From Bugula neritina (lineage: Eukaryota > Animalia > Bryozoa): a stretch of 64,000 bases of DNA. Shown piece after piece: positions 36,601 through 51,453 of this stretch. The stretch spans positions 13,670,633 to 13,734,632 of the forward strand of contig OZ037769.1 of the NCBI GenBank assembly GCA_964035545.1, given 5' to 3'. Numbering within the stretch: position 1 is the first letter of the stretch; every line of letters begins with the position of its first letter. Position numbers and translations under genes: made by a program. Below the pieces are notes generated by a model. It did no database searches. It was not told where the DNA came from and was given only the letters and a program-made list of their open reading frames with translations.

Positions 36601-39600
36601 TACAACAGGATGTCCTGACACTAATTGAGAGTTATCATATTTATATGTTTACAGGTTTCTAACATTAGGCCAATAAAATTAAATTCTGATAACCAACCCT
36701 TTTTATGTTTGACTGTCAATGCATGTAATAAAATCACTTGAGAAATTTTAGCGATTCCTTCTAACAATTAAAACAATATTGCTATAATTTGATGAGTCAC
36801 ATAAACTTTGGTTGGAAAATGCTCTAACTCAGTAACTTGCAAAATATAATGTTCCAATTAGGCGCATGTCCATAGAAACTGTTAGTAAATTTGTAATTTT
36901 CCAATTTACACAATCACTCTCAGCATTTCCTTGGAATATGCTTTGTTATTACAATATTAGAGTTGGGCTACAATATTGAATATATTTTATATAATTCTGT
37001 CCCTAGAAAGAGAAGATAAATCTTGATTTAAAAAGACAATTTAAAGTCTCTATACCGACCAGAGATTTCTACGAGCATCCCGGCACCTGTGTAGGCGACA
37101 TCTGTCTCAATAGTTATGGTGAGAGAGTCTGAGTCATGGTCACTCAAATCGATTGTCACATTCTGTCTGTCTATACATAACTTGGTTCCGTAAACCTGCA
37201 GCGTATTCATACTACTACTACAAACCAAGTTACTTTTCACAAATGCACCATATATATGTTTAATAACAAAGCACTGCCTATAATTATTTGTACAAATTAT
37301 GCTATTGCATAGTTATATTTTTTTATTATATATTATATTTACAAATAACATCAATATATTATATAATTACATTATTGATAATTGTATCTCTACATAATTA
37401 TTTTTATTTAGAAATCACGTGAGTATATTATAACTATTTAAAATTTTAATCATCATAAATTATATTAGAGCAATTCTTTTATTGGAAATGGGTATTAAAA
37501 GCTTGGTATATTAGGTCAATTTAAAGAAGATCTATGAATATATAAAATACATTATAAAAGTAAGGCTACGTATAGTAAAGACAGATTACTTCTTTCAGGT
37601 TGCACAGAATTCATGTCTCAAGTCTCTTTTAAGTTGCACAGAGCATTATGTCTTTCTCAAGTTACTCTCAGAGTCTTAATTGTTACTCAAGTCATTCAAA
37701 GTCATTAGTATAACTCAAGTTACACAGAGCCTTGAGTCTCACTCACGTTACTTAGAATCTCAAGTTTATTTCAGGTTAGTCAAAGTCTTGAGTCTCTCCC
37801 AAATTGTTCATAGTCTCAAGTTTCACAGAAGTTACTCATAGTCTTGATTGCCACTCAAGTTATTTAAAGCCTTGAGTGCCACTTAAGTTACTTATGTACA
37901 TTACTTGAAGCAATACGGTCGAGTCACTCACCAACATATACACCTCCTCACAGCTAGAGTTCCCTACGTCAGTCAGTAGTACTCTTATGTCCAGAGACTG
38001 GTAGAGATGGACATTCAATTTCAAGTTGTAGGAGTTGGGGAGTTGCTCGCTCAAGGCTGGAAAACTGTCACTAGTGGCTATTATGGTGGGCAAGTAGAGA
38101 GGTGGGTCTGCTGCAAGAACTGAGTTATGAGATGTAAACATCTGGTAAAAGATCTTGTAACCATGGAAACTGGCTGCAGTCTAAAATATCCAATTGCTTT
38201 ATGTTGATAATAAGAAATTTGATATCACTACATCAATTGCGTACTATATTTTATTATTAATATATAAATTGCAATAAATGTATAGCCTTAAGTTTTTTAT
38301 AATAGTAAAATTCAATTGTGAAAATGTAAAGTTGTTATGCATTTAAAAATATTTGGAACCTTTTTTCGCTATACACAAACTTGTTGTCTGAAAGTGTTGG
38401 GTTCATAAGCCTTAGGTTTATAGTTTATTGCTAATGAGAAATGGGCATAAATTAAGGTGTTGGGTTACAGTTATATAGCACTTGGGCTAACAACTAACCC
38501 CTTTGGAATATTATATAGAATTTTGCTAGAAAAAACGTGTGGTATCAACATTATATAACATTTGCAGGGGAGCAGCTGTGGTCTGGTATACACGAAGGTC
38601 ATGGGTTCGAGCCCTGACAAAGGCCATTGGTGATGTTAGGAAGAGCATCCAATCATAATTGTTCCTGTGCCTCATTTAAATAAGTCCTTAGCCCGATTTA
38701 ACAAAAACCCTTTGTATCAGGGGTTTCTCACAGGGATAGTGACTATAAACTTGCGTGAGTTATTATATAACATTTGCACTTGGGCGCTTTATTTATTTTT
38801 GACAGCATTGTTTATAACAACATTAAAGTTCCAGGACTTTATCAATATCCAATTAAAATTGTTATAAGCAAGTATATTCGATGCCTTTTCAAACTTTTTA
38901 CCAACATTTGGATATTGATGTAAAATGTCGTAAAAATATATGGCATCAATATTGTATATAGAACCTATTTGATCTTTGCAGATGTCGTTTATATTCAATG
39001 TTGATAGCTATAAACACTGTCAACACTGCTTCTAATATATATAGTAATCTAAAAAACTTTTCATCTACTAATTTATACACCATGTCGCAATCACAAATTA
39101 AATATTTTTGTTCTAACTTGTTTTGCCTAGAACAAGCATTATATAAATTATAAAAAAGTGATATATTTGTTAGTTTATCTATAGAAGTTTGCTTTTACTA
39201 GTGACAAAACTACATTTTAAGATAACATCAATATGATGGAGATCAGATATTTAAACTATTTCCTTCTACATGATGATTTATCAAATGATTATACTGCTAA
39301 CAGCAGCAAATACACGCCCACATAATATTCTACATGATGTTTAGATGAAAACATCATAATATAATGTGTTTACACTTTGGTACTCTGCAACGTGTGTACT
39401 AACTTTGATTGATGGCTGATGATCTTTGTCACTTTATGGTTTTGTATGCTGATGATTTCAGCCAACAAACTACATTAAAGTTATTATAAATAGCTGTCTG
39501 ATAATGTAATATTTATAAGGAAATGGGGTTCACTTACACTAGTAATCTCCTATCAGTGTTCTCGACTAATAAACATTTAGTAGGCCTATAAAGTATGGTA

Positions 39601-40144
39601 GTACAGCACACTGTATGCAACATATTACGCATTATATAAGGCAGCACTATACACTATTATATCAGCTATAGTGTAGGTGCAATTCAACAAAATTATATGC
39701 TATTCAAAACAGAGAAATTATTGTATTTAAATGAGCAACTTTTACTAATACCATTTTTTATTTATTATTAGGATAAAATTTTTGTGTGCAAACCCTGTTA
39801 TATTTTTTAAATTCCTTCGTTTGTCACCTTTGCTTATACTCAATAATATACATATACACACATTACACTCAACACTTGTATACAATTTATTTACCAACAT
39901 CTACACACCACATGTATCACACAACACAGTAATTCATAGTAGTGTCACATGACCTACATTAATTGAGCATAACCTAGATAGAGTGAACATGACCTAGATA
40001 AGGTTGCTATGGTCCATACCTAGTTGACATGATTCATACATAGCTATCATAACTTATAACTTATAGTAAGTTAAACTGACAAATTAATATTGAAATGACC
40101 TACAATATAGATTAGTATCATGACCTATATAAGATGTCTATGGC

Positions 40145-40216
<72 letters not shown>

Positions 40217-42660
40217 GTTACTGTGACATGCATTAAGTTACCATGACCTATATAAGATTAGCATGGCCTATATAGAGTAATTACCATGACTTACATTAAA
40301 TTAACATGACCTATATAGAATTCCCATGACCTACATTGAGTTAATGTGACCTATAATAGTGTATACCTGACTATTGGACTGAAGAGATATGACCACATCT
40401 GTATAGTTGGTATGATAAACTTCATATTGTAGGGAGCTGATGTCTACACTACTGCTGGTGGGAATACACCAAGAGTTCTCATTTACTTTGAGTAGACCTT
40501 CACACTTCCCTCTGAATATAAAGAATCATAGGAGCCATATCAGTATACTCTTACAGACTGCATGCAAGGCTTATACAATATGTAACCATAGAGTTTTTGC
40601 AGCTTTCGAAGCTAGAATCTAAAACTGAGGGGTATATTGTTGAGCTATATATTAAACTATAACTCACAGTTAACAACATGGTAGATAAACAAAATAATAG
40701 TAAATATTATAATATGACAAACAAAGCTATACCAAAATTAAATTAAAGTATATTCATAGGTCAATGTGAGTAGCATTATTGCAGTTTAATGGTACATCAT
40801 ATATGATGGTAATTTCTTTTATGATGGCCATAGCTATTGCACAATGGTGGTCAGGATATATTACTGCATGGTGGTCCTTGTTACATGGTGGTCATTACTA
40901 CATTACTAAATATACTAGATAGTGGTATACTACCCTGTAATGGCCATATACTAGATAGCGCAGTCATATTTCTATAGAAGGTTGGCTCATTCCTATATTA
41001 TATAGGCTAATCATTGATAGTAGTGATATTTACTAGATGAGATGACTACTTGTCACATGGTTGTCATAATAACACATGGAGGTCACCAATGATGGGTTGC
41101 AGTAGTGGAGGAATTCAGATAGTATAAGTTCCTTAGTTTTATTATTAAATTTCAGTTTGGGGCCAGGTTGAAATTTTTGCAAGAACATAACTTCTTTTGC
41201 TATATTTTCAATCTAGAGCACAGGCTTTTCTCAATTTCTCCATTATTACACAACTCATCTCAACAGCTGTTTCATAATTTTATTGTATAGATTTTCTTTT
41301 AATGCATTGCTCCAAAAGTTTGGACTTACTCTACAGTCTTGTAGAAAATGGCTATGTTCCTATAGCCTAGAGTTTTTATGGTGATAGAAGAACCGGGACT
41401 AGGTGCTGGAGGTAGAGTGAAGTTGGCTGGGTAGTATGGAGAAGCTATTGTTCCAGAGAGAGTAGAAATCGGGTGGTCTTGTGCCCCAGATAGCTGGTGA
41501 GTGGATCCTACGAAAGCAAGTGAAACTAGTTATAAATAGACTTATTAATACAGAAACTAGAAATAATCTCGTCATTTGCACCTTTGCTATGATGTCTGCC
41601 AATACATAAATTTATAGACTTCTAATTTCAAAGCAGAACCTTTTAGATCAATGCGGGCATGTGAATTATTTATATTGATAAGGCTTTAGTTAGCTGCAAA
41701 CTTTTTATAGTTTAAATATAAAAGTTTAAAATCACAATATCTTGCTAATTTGTAAACTTCGGAGTCATAATATAATGTTATAAGCCTAAATAATTATTTT
41801 AGATTTTGAAAGATTTTGATAATATATGGCGCAAATTAACCAACGGATAATTTATTTTCAAAAAAAGACATGTCAAAATTCGTTGTGTCCTCAATAACTA
41901 TTTATAGAAATATAGAATTTGAGTCGATATATTCTGTTATAAATTAAATTTTAATTATTAAAAAAACTTCATTCTTTAAGACTATTATCCACAGACAAAT
42001 TTTATATTATTGAAGATGCTATTGCTATGTATAACTATTATGGACTTTAATTGCACCCACCTTTATTACTGCTGTCATGAGAAATTAAGTTATTACCATA
42101 TTTAATAATTATTGATGTGGCATTCATGCTATAGGTGATTAATAGCCAAAGCCATGTATGTACTTTACTCTGACTGGGAATTAAGAAAAGTTGTCATACC
42201 TTTAGAGAAATAAGATTCCCAAAAAGACTCTTCTGGCCCAGAAAGTGACCAAACAATGTGACAATCTGAAACAAAAAAATGCAAAGATTAATTTATATTT
42301 TCCAGCCTACAATACAGACTATGGTACAAACAACTTTACTTCTATTACATTGTTCTTGCTTATCAATGACCTGATTATCATTTTATATATAAAGGTTTGT
42401 TGATGGGTTTTTGTGAAATCAAACCAGAAAATATTAGGAAAATTGAAAAGTTTAGGCTATTGAAATTTCTCTTCTATGTACTGCACTTAAATGACATGAT
42501 GAATATCACAAAGCTTATAATTATGAAATTATTTGTTGAAAGATACAAAATATTTTTCAGAATGAATTAGTATATCAGAATCCTATACTTGGTAATAATG
42601 TAGAGCTTCAAACTTACTAACTGCAAACTGGAAGGCTATTGTGAAAACCAAGTTCCTCAT
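33637..42660 (-). CDS. Type I membrane protein, ~680 aa: signal peptide, ~4 divergent CUB domains, Ser/Thr stalk, TM, NPxY tail
   Basis: Exons 42660-42618, 42265-42200, 41507-41330, 40511-40367, 38180-37905, 37195-37060, 36380-36125, 35607-35346, 34583-34097, 33943-33853, 33739-33637, phase-consistent. CUB motifs SGTIASPYYP, ISGPGYP, LEDSASCRHDSL..LCG..FRSD..KGF; TM VWAIVVVLTISIGGIVVAVVII; tail ..YDNV..GFDNPTYG.. Confidence 0.82.
35100..35186 (+). mobile_element. Short tRNA(Ala-like)-derived repeat, family 2
   Basis: TGGTGTGATGGTTAGC..CTTGCAA..GGGTTCGTATC; same boundaries as the copy at 2003-2085. Confidence 0.7.
38567..38761 (+). mobile_element. tRNA-derived SINE, family 1, with 17-bp TSD
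   Basis: Homologous to the 16159 copy with a short 5' deletion; ATTATATAACATTTGCA at 38550-38566 and 38762-38778. Confidence 0.92.
39950..40352. repeat. Degenerate ATGACCT-containing tandem repeat with embedded (TA)n at about 40148-40213
   Basis: Directly visible. Confidence 0.75.
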
Positions 42661-45600
42661 TGTAGATGAACCAAGTTTGACCTAACAGAGAAGTTGCCAC
42701 GAAGGAGATGAACATTCAACTGATTTCACATGTTATTTTGTGTATTCTATTACTTGCTAATGATGGGATTGTAAATTGTTTTAGCAGCTATATGATGAAT
42801 CAAATGAAACATACCAGATAAAGTCAATGCCGTACAACAGATAGTAGGAGCGACTATAATTATAATTCATTGTTTCACCAGTGATGACAAGTAGGTGTTG
42901 GTATTCCTAAAAATACTATAGCCAATACTAACATATAACTCATCACTGAAATTGTAAGTGATGACAACTCCCTGTTTATCCTCAATCCAGTAAAAATTAC
43001 ATCATGATTTGAAAAATAAGCAACATTTTTTCTTTTTTTTTCTCGAAACAGTCTCCAAAAGTATTTATTAAAAGACTCAATTTTTTGTTTAAATCTATCT
43101 TTAGAGTGGCTTGGTGGTGCGGGTGACAATCTTTAGTTCATCAACAGTGCTCAAATTGCACCGTGCAAAGAGTCATAATTGGGTTGTTATTTCAATAGAG
43201 CTAAGCTATGTAGCTCAACAAGTATACGACTAGATAACGCATAACCAAGTGGTGAGCAAAGGCAGCAAGACTAAAAAAAATATAATGAAAAAATACCAGA
43301 CATGGAGTCTCGTAATTTTTTGACATATCAGGAAAATATTTGGTCTTATGTTATAGTTGAAGCGCTGAAGGCATTAATTAATAAAAATTAAAAACATGTG
43401 CAGGAAGTCAAACAATAAAAATGAAGAAAATAGAGTAGGCAGATTCAAGGCACTGCTATAGGCTTACAACTTTTACTGACAGCCAACCAGGCAGGCAACT
43501 AGCTACAGTGCTATTAAGTAGTTAATGATGTATTTTTCTGTTTCAGCTCTATGTGTTTTATATTAAAGATAGCGAACAAGCAAACAAAATTTATCAGCTT
43601 ACAAGTTGACTGTGTAACATAATAGTATTTTTTGTTAATAAACTCAAATTTCTACAGCAGGATTATATTATACATTTTTTCTCTATATGCATCTTTTGTA
43701 ATTCTCATACTTTTCAATGGAAAATCTTCATGTCTTAAACTTCTTTCCATGCTACCTTGTCTGCTTCCAAATTTCTATCACAAGAAACATATGTTATAAT
43801 ATACTTATTTAACTACTATACTCATTGAATTGGCTGTGACAGAAGCAAATTTTAGCATTTTGCTGAGTTATTGCTATCTGTCTTTTGTCTGTTTCAAAAT
43901 TCATTATCTGCACAGAGGTCAAGGCTCTAGTCATGCAGATTGGTAATCTAGAGTTAGTAGTAATTAATATGCTGCAATTATATTTGATAACACAATAATT
44001 AGTAGCTATTAATAATGACTATACAACAATTATGTAGTCTTGCACGAACTTTTTAGCTTCTAATTTGATTTAATAAATCAGTGTTTGTCTTTAGACTGTG
44101 TAAATTATAGCTCCAAAGCCGGTCATGCATGCCTACATACAACTTATGTTTCAGTCTTCGTTCAAGTTGTCTTACTAAAAGTCCTTGTAGAAAAGGATGT
44201 TTTGCGAAATCTCAGCTATGATTCGTTGAAACGCCGTGACTAGGCTAAAACGCTTAATGAGAGAGTAGCATAAAAGGTGCCGCAAATATGTTTAACCCTT
44301 TTTCCGAAATTTGTTTGGAGTTTAGGCTAGTAAACATTAAAGCGTGACACCAATGTGAATAGAAAAGCATGAAACTGTCAGCTAAGGAAAAATCAATATC
44401 AGTTAGTTCAACTTGTTATTGATTTGACGAGCAATAACCCTAGTAGAGCCGTATGCTTGACAACTATGACATTTACTTCATCAATATTGAATATAGCGTT
44501 GGTTATTTTGCGTGATTATATCTGTAGTCATAAGCATTATCAACATTAGTATTATTTTTACTAGTGTAGTTCAGTGTTCACTAGTTGCTGCAAACTGAAA
44601 CTATTCTGTATTCAGAGTCAGTGAGTACTCAACTACCAGAGTACGGCGTCGACTAGCTTAAGTCTCAAACTAATACTCATAGTGATAGAGTCATACTCAC
44701 TCGTCGAATTTTTTCCATGTTATCCATCTAATTCTCGTAACGCTAGTAATGGCTACTAGTACTTGCATTAGTGAGTGACACTGAGTCTGACTAAAACTCA
44801 CCTTGCTACTGACTAGCTCGTACTAGAAATAGAAACTAGAAGCAGGTGAGCCACAAAGTCAACTTTTTATTTATGTTAATACTTGTAGATCACTGAATAG
44901 TATTATGCAAAAGTAATATTCCAAGGTTGAAAATTCAACTGTTGGTGTAAATTTTACACGCACAGTTGCAGTGACCTATCCATCAATTTCAGTTTCAAGT
45001 TTTATTTTCACTTTAGCTCGTCCAGTAAGGTTGAGTTGCTATGTTTGTTATCTTTTGAACTTATTCAACAGCATAATACGCAGGCTTATTACTTGATTTT
45101 TTAATTCTGTTTAGAGTAACTATTATAGTTAGTCTTGGCTATATCAATATTAATTGTTAATTTGTTTTCATAATAATTTGAATTAATTGAATAAGCGTTA
45201 GAAAGTTTAATAACAAGTGTGTATAGACGTTGGAATTTGTTCACTGTTTTTTAAAATATTGTTATATGCATAATTTTTTGATTGTTTGATTTGTAATGCT
45301 GAAATAAACCAGTAATAAAGTAATAACATGCATATTTTTTATTGGTAAATTACTAATACTCATTTACAATAAGCTTTAACTACTCTTAAAATTAAATATT
45401 GAGTAACTCAGTAAGTTAACTAAAAAGATGGACAGTCATTGGGGTTAAGGTGATGAGTCACCAGAGGTCATTTTGATTACCATATGATTATTATAATTTC
45501 GAATAGATAAATACTAGTATAAAATGTGCTTTTTCATGAAAGTATAAATGAGACACTTTCTTGTTAGGAAGTCATAAAGAATCACTTCGAAATAACCATG

Positions 45601-45818
45601 TTGTAACAATTACTCTGTTGCAGTCAATAAATGCAGATTTCAAATTCATTTTTGGTAAGTATTTAGAATTAAAAGGCTAATGCCAGGTGTTAACTTATCG
45701 AGTAAGATATTATAATTCAAACACACAACTTTTCATAATATTATCATGCATACTATTTTTTGTAGATTAAGACGCTTCTTATTGTTTAGACTGCTATTTG
45801 CCCTCCAGTTCTTGCAGG

Positions 45819-48800
45819 ATGTTTAAGAAGTTTACAGACACTCTAAGTGGGACGCTAGATACTGTCAAGTCCTATGGATCATCTATGGTGATTGGGCAAA
45901 CAACTCAAGGTAGTAAATTAGTAGTTGTCAGCCAACCTGCGTTGAAAGGATTTATTCCAAATTATTTAGTTGCTTTGATGTAGTGTTTTCGTAAATCATT
46001 GTAATAAAAAAGCACATTATGATTAGCATAATGTGTGGAATTGAGCAGCTCTTTGATGTTAGAAAATCTGAAAGTAAGCATAAACTAGTGGGAAAGCTGT
46101 GAAACCCGTCAATTTATGATTAGATTACGCAAACTAGACTTGATGTGTCTATAACTTCACTTGTTTTTAGATATGTAATATTATGGTACTAGTTGTATGT
46201 GTACTCATATTATGATCATAACTAGATGGGTCCACAGATAAAGCACCTGCTAATAAGTTGTCACTAAATCTGCCAACCATAGGGAATGGTTCAGTCAGTG
46301 CTCCGGCCACAACCGCCAATAGCCCTGACAAGCCTGGACAGAAGACCTCCCTGGCTGCTAACACTCTTCTTGGCATTCAAAATACGCTGGGGAAGATAAC
46401 AGGTTGGTTCATTTGACACTTTCTGTAGATTGACAGGTGATTGATAAATTTGATGTTGAAGAATTTCATAGATTAACAGACATATCTTATTTAATCAACA
46501 AAGTTTTAATTGCATTTAATTTATCTAATACAGAATTGTGTAAAATGTATTCTAGAAAATAAAAATCTTGGAATTCTATTTAAGAAAGCCGTTTTTTATC
46601 TCCTACACCAAAGTTTCTATTTTTATTGCACATAATTATATATATAGCTAGTACACCAGGTGATTGGAAAACTCTCTAAGGATTGAGCTAGTAGTTGACT
46701 TCGTTTGTAGACACAGAATTATTATCTCCCTACATGTGTGGTGTTTGGATTCAAATTGAGAATTTGTACTCACACGCACAGCTGATTATGTCAGCAGTGG
46801 TCACATGACCAAGTTTGTCACACACGTCGCTATTTATTGTCTCACTGTAGTCCACTTTTCTCATTGACAGGTAGAGGTGATTCGACCAATGCTGTCGTTG
46901 TGGCGTCACAAAAGGGTCACACTGGACGAGGGCCAACTTTGGGCAATGCCGTCGTCACGGATGTCACTCGGATTACGGACAAGCACGTGATTGATGATGA
47001 CATCAGAGGTATGGCCGCCGAGGACATCTCAGACTTTGAGCAGTACAAGAAGGTATAGTTTGAATCTCACAGCTAACTGTACAGATGTTTATGAGAGTAT
47101 TTCAATGAGATTAGCTATATATGTATAGTTTTCTAGTTTATGCTGTGTAATTTGTAAATTTTTAAAATAGTAAGAGTACAGCTTTCAGGAGCTGCTAGCA
47201 ATTTTACACCTGTGTTGTTGTTTACAGGTTCTGAACCTTTACCTTTATGAGTAGCTATTTATAAACTATAGACGCATTAATTTGTCGACGTTCTTGACTT
47301 CTGTAGTTACCAAAGTCAATATTGTTCAAAATATGTGGATGTGTTTTCAATATGTAAATTAAGTTCGCTTTTTCATGTTGCTAGTTTATAAAATAATACT
47401 GGGCTATCACGTACTATAGAGAAAAGTTGGCCCTGCGTATAGCATGTAACATGGAGTTTATGTGATTATTATAATACAGTCTGCACCATGTATATGCTGT
47501 ATAACAAGGAGCAGCCGTGGTCTAGGGGTTAGAGCGTTTGCTTAGTAAACACAAAGTCACTGGTTTGAACCCAAAAAAGGTTATTGGTGATGTTAGGAAA
47601 AGCATCCAGTCATAATTGCTCCTGTGCCTCATCTAGATAAGTCCTTATCCTAATTTAACAAAAACCCTTACTACCAGGGATTCCTTAGAGTGATGGCGAC
47701 TATAAACTTGTGTTAGTTTTTTATATATGCAGTATGGCTATACATGTAGTATACTCTGTATAGTTGAAGAGTGCGGGGTACCTTGACACTCATGCCAACA
47801 GCAATGGCAAGAGCATGTGGGGTCAGGATGAAGATGACACCCTCATTGACGAGCAGTTCAAAAACTTACAGACTAACCTTGACACTGTCATCGGTGAGAC
47901 GGAGAAGATTGACGAACTCACCCCGGTCTCACCCAAAGGAGATAAGGACGAGAAAGGTAGGGTCCGTGCCCTCATTGGTTGTCAATTAACTTACTCAGTT
48001 TTTTCTTCTGACTCTTCAGCTCTGATTCCTCAAAAGTTTCTTGATTTATATCAACCTTTCTCCCATCAACTGCGAAATACCCACAATACCTTTCTCCCAT
48101 CAACTGTAAAATACCCAAAATACACCTCTCTATCACCAACTGAGAAATGTCTCTATTTTAAGTTGCCTTCTGTTCCTTTCTGAGTGAATCGCTAATATGT
48201 TTTACCTACCAACTATGTCCTACCTACCTACTATGTCCTACCTACTAACTATGTCCTACCTACCAACCATGTCCTACCTACCAACTATGTCCTACCTACC
48301 AACTATGTCCTACCTACCAACCATGTCCTACCTACCAACTATGTCCTACCTACCAACTATGTCCTACCTACCAACTATGTCCCACCTACCAACTATGTCC
48401 TACCTACCAACTATGTCCTACCTACTAACCATGTCCTACCTACCAACTATGTCCTACCTACCAACTATGTTCTACCTACCAACTATGTCCTACCTACCAA
48501 CTATGTCCTACCTACCAACTATGTTCTACCTACCAACTATGTCCTACCTACCAACTATGTCCTACCTACCAACTATATTCTGGTCTTTAGCATATTTGAC
48601 TCTCATAGAATTTCATAATAACTGTTTTAGGTCAACATAAATACTAAAGTTTGCTTTTTGGACTTACTTAGTCTATTCTTTGTTTCTTGTAATAACTGTG
48701 GTGAGCTGCATGTCCCTGCTTTTGTGCTACAAATTTGAAATGTTTCCTGAATTACTACTAACTAGTCTAGTTGTATGGATTTAGAGATATGAGTGTTTAT

Positions 48801-49989
48801 AAAATGCTGCAAGTTGGTTTTTACTTTTGACAGAAGAGAAGAAACCTCCCAAGAAGAAAAATAAGCATTTGGCCAGATGTATCAGGTGCATTCAAGATAA
48901 CAGAGTGAAAGGTATATAATATATATGTGTGTGCGTGTGTGTGTTATGTTTTATATATGGAATGTCATAAAGGTAACATAAAGGTAATTGAAATGTCAAT
49001 AGTTCATTTAGTTAACATTTTCTCATACAAGTCGAGTACAAGCCAACAAGTAATGTTAGAAGAATACATACAATTCTTTAGACTCTATCATACTGGAACA
49101 TGAGTTGAATATAGAGTACTATGTTGTGTGGTTACTGGTTTCATAGGAGGCTGTGTTGACCCAGAGGAAATGGCTGATGCTGCAGAAGATAATCTTGTGT
49201 TAAAAAAGGTGCTAAACATCATCTTCCTTCTGATAGGAACTCTGCTTTTCCTAGCCGTGGTGGTTGTTATTATATACACATCCTCAATTAGTAAGTATTA
49301 ATATAAGTATATATTACATAATATATAGGATATATATATACTATACTATGTATATTATACTGTATTATATGTTATTATATATACATCCTCCATTAGTAAG
49401 TGATCCCATTCATATTTTTCAGCGTATTTATGGGAATTTAAGCATGTCATTTAAGTACTCGTCAGTTTGTGAATTTTTTTCATTTTGTTTATAAATAAGA
49501 AAAGTTAATATTGATTTATGATATGATTTGTTTCAGTATTTCTTTTAATATTTTATAATATTCTAGTTGTTTAAAATCTACTGGCAATCTAATCATCTGC
49601 TGCAAATATATAGACCCCAGTGCATCCAAGCTTTCATTACCAATTGTTCGCTTGAAAAACTTGTTTTTTATAACTTCATACACCGTTTCTACAGGCCATT
49701 GTGTATATCTCAGTATGAAAGTTGTATACAACATGTATAGTTACTATACTTTCTATTTTTTGCTATAATGATAGTAATACTATTTGCAGAGGATAAAGGC
49801 ACCTTAGAACCTCCGAGCAGTGTAGACTTAGCCTCAGCACCAAACAAAACAGACTACGCGTATGAATACGTGCCCCCTGAGTATGATGCTGAAGAGACCG
49901 AAATTAATCGGTATTTCGGTAACAACTCCAACGGCAAAGCTAACTTCCTTAAAGTAAAAAACTCCATTGATGCCATGGCACTGCCTTAA
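45819..49989 (+). CDS. Uncharacterised 354-aa type II single-pass membrane protein
   Basis: Exons 45819-45909, 46226-46402, 46871-47052, 47764-47956, 48834-48911, 49147-49290, 49790-49989, all phase-compatible; no signal peptide; one TM (VLNIIFLLIGTLLFLAVVVVIIY) preceded by KK; short C-terminus with NKT and NNS sequons. Confidence 0.85.
47507..47722 (+). mobile_element. tRNA-derived SINE, family 1
   Basis: Homologous to the 16159 copy; degenerate TSD TATATGC(T/A)GTAT. Confidence 0.9.
48196..48577. repeat. 18-bp minisatellite (~21 copies)
   Basis: CTACCTACCAACTATGTC units in an intron; source of the YLPTMS-repeat ORF. Confidence 0.97.
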
Positions 49990-51255
49990 GTGGGACAAGA
50001 GAAGTAATTCACTTTTTGTTCCATTTTGACGCTTAGAAAATATTTTTGTTGAAATTCAACTGCCAACTTGTTGTAAGTGATTGCAACATTTATAATAATA
50101 AATGATTAGTACAAGTATGTCATGTACTTAGCTAGTCACTAATAATCGTTACACCAATTATTTTTGGTTTCACATTATTTTTAAAAGATAGAAGGTGATT
50201 GGTTGAATCACAGCATTCAATGTTCTCTCTCAAATTGACAATCTGCTTCTCACATCAACTGATAACTTTTTAGTAACATAAAGTTCAACTCCTAATTTTC
50301 TAAACCTGAATTGTAGTCATGCTTTGCTTTATTTTAATTTATTTGATAATCATAATATTCGTATGTCCAGTAGATTTTCAATTTATATTTGTATTAAATA
50401 CTGTAGATCATCGGCTGTCTAAAATATGTTCTTTTTGTCAAATTGTCATTTAATGCTGATAGCAAGAGTTATAATATTCTTTATTTATGTTATTATTTAT
50501 TACAATTCTTATTATTTATTACTATTGTTTAATGATATTTATATTTAATACTAATATCTATTGCTATTATTGTTTATTACCGTTATTTATTAATATTTAT
50601 ATCTATTACCTTTTCTATTATATTTATTGTTTTTAAACTCAAAGCATCAGTTTTTTTATTTTCAAAACAATATTTTCTTCTTTTAAATTGCACGCTTTTC
50701 AAGACTTGTGATCAAGCAATTGCATCATTCATGGTTAAATACAGATAAATCTTTTTTTTTTCAAAATATTCAATAATACTTGTGCAAAACTCATTATGGT
50801 TTATATGTTTTATTTGAAGTTGTCTACTGCTGTTGCACTGTTGACCCATTTTTGTATTTACCATCTCACATACTAGCAATAGCCTTTGAATTTGGGAATA
50901 AAATCTCTACCCATGTTTACTCAGTTTCTGGGGGAGCAATGTTATTTAAATATTGGTTATAGAGTTGTCTTTCCTAGTTTTGAGCTTGATATAATAGCAG
51001 ATGATATAATAAAACTTGATATAACTTGAATTTTATGAGCGGGCTTAGCTACACATCTATTTGTATAATAAATGTTTTTGCACTCAGGATAACAATTTCG
51101 ATAATATATTCTACTTCTTAGCTTTTTGTTTTATTAATGTAAATAGTAAAACTGACAGTTGTGCAACTTTCATAAACACCTCTCTGTGTTCAGAGTTAAG
51201 TTCCTGCTCTTTAGAGCCCTATAGTATATATTCTAGGTGAAATTATCAACTAATG

Positions 51256-51289
<34 letters not shown>

Positions 51290-51453
51290 TGATATATTAT
51301 GCGATTCTACCTGGTATTGTAATATTACAAGGCTATCTATTGATCAATTTATGATAATTATTTGTCAATAGGACTAATATATTATGTTTAGTAACAGAGA
51401 TGCAGTTGCATACAGCACCTCGTGCAGCTAACACGTCCACATATTCATCCAAC

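Noticed and set aside
42875-43129. MSYMLVLAIVFLG as the receptor's signal-peptide exon
   Set aside because: Donor phase is incompatible with the downstream exons; the ATG at 42660 fits
48197-48640. 147-aa (YLPTMS)n ORF suggestive of a peptide precursor
   Set aside because: 18-bp intronic minisatellite; no signal peptide or cleavage sites
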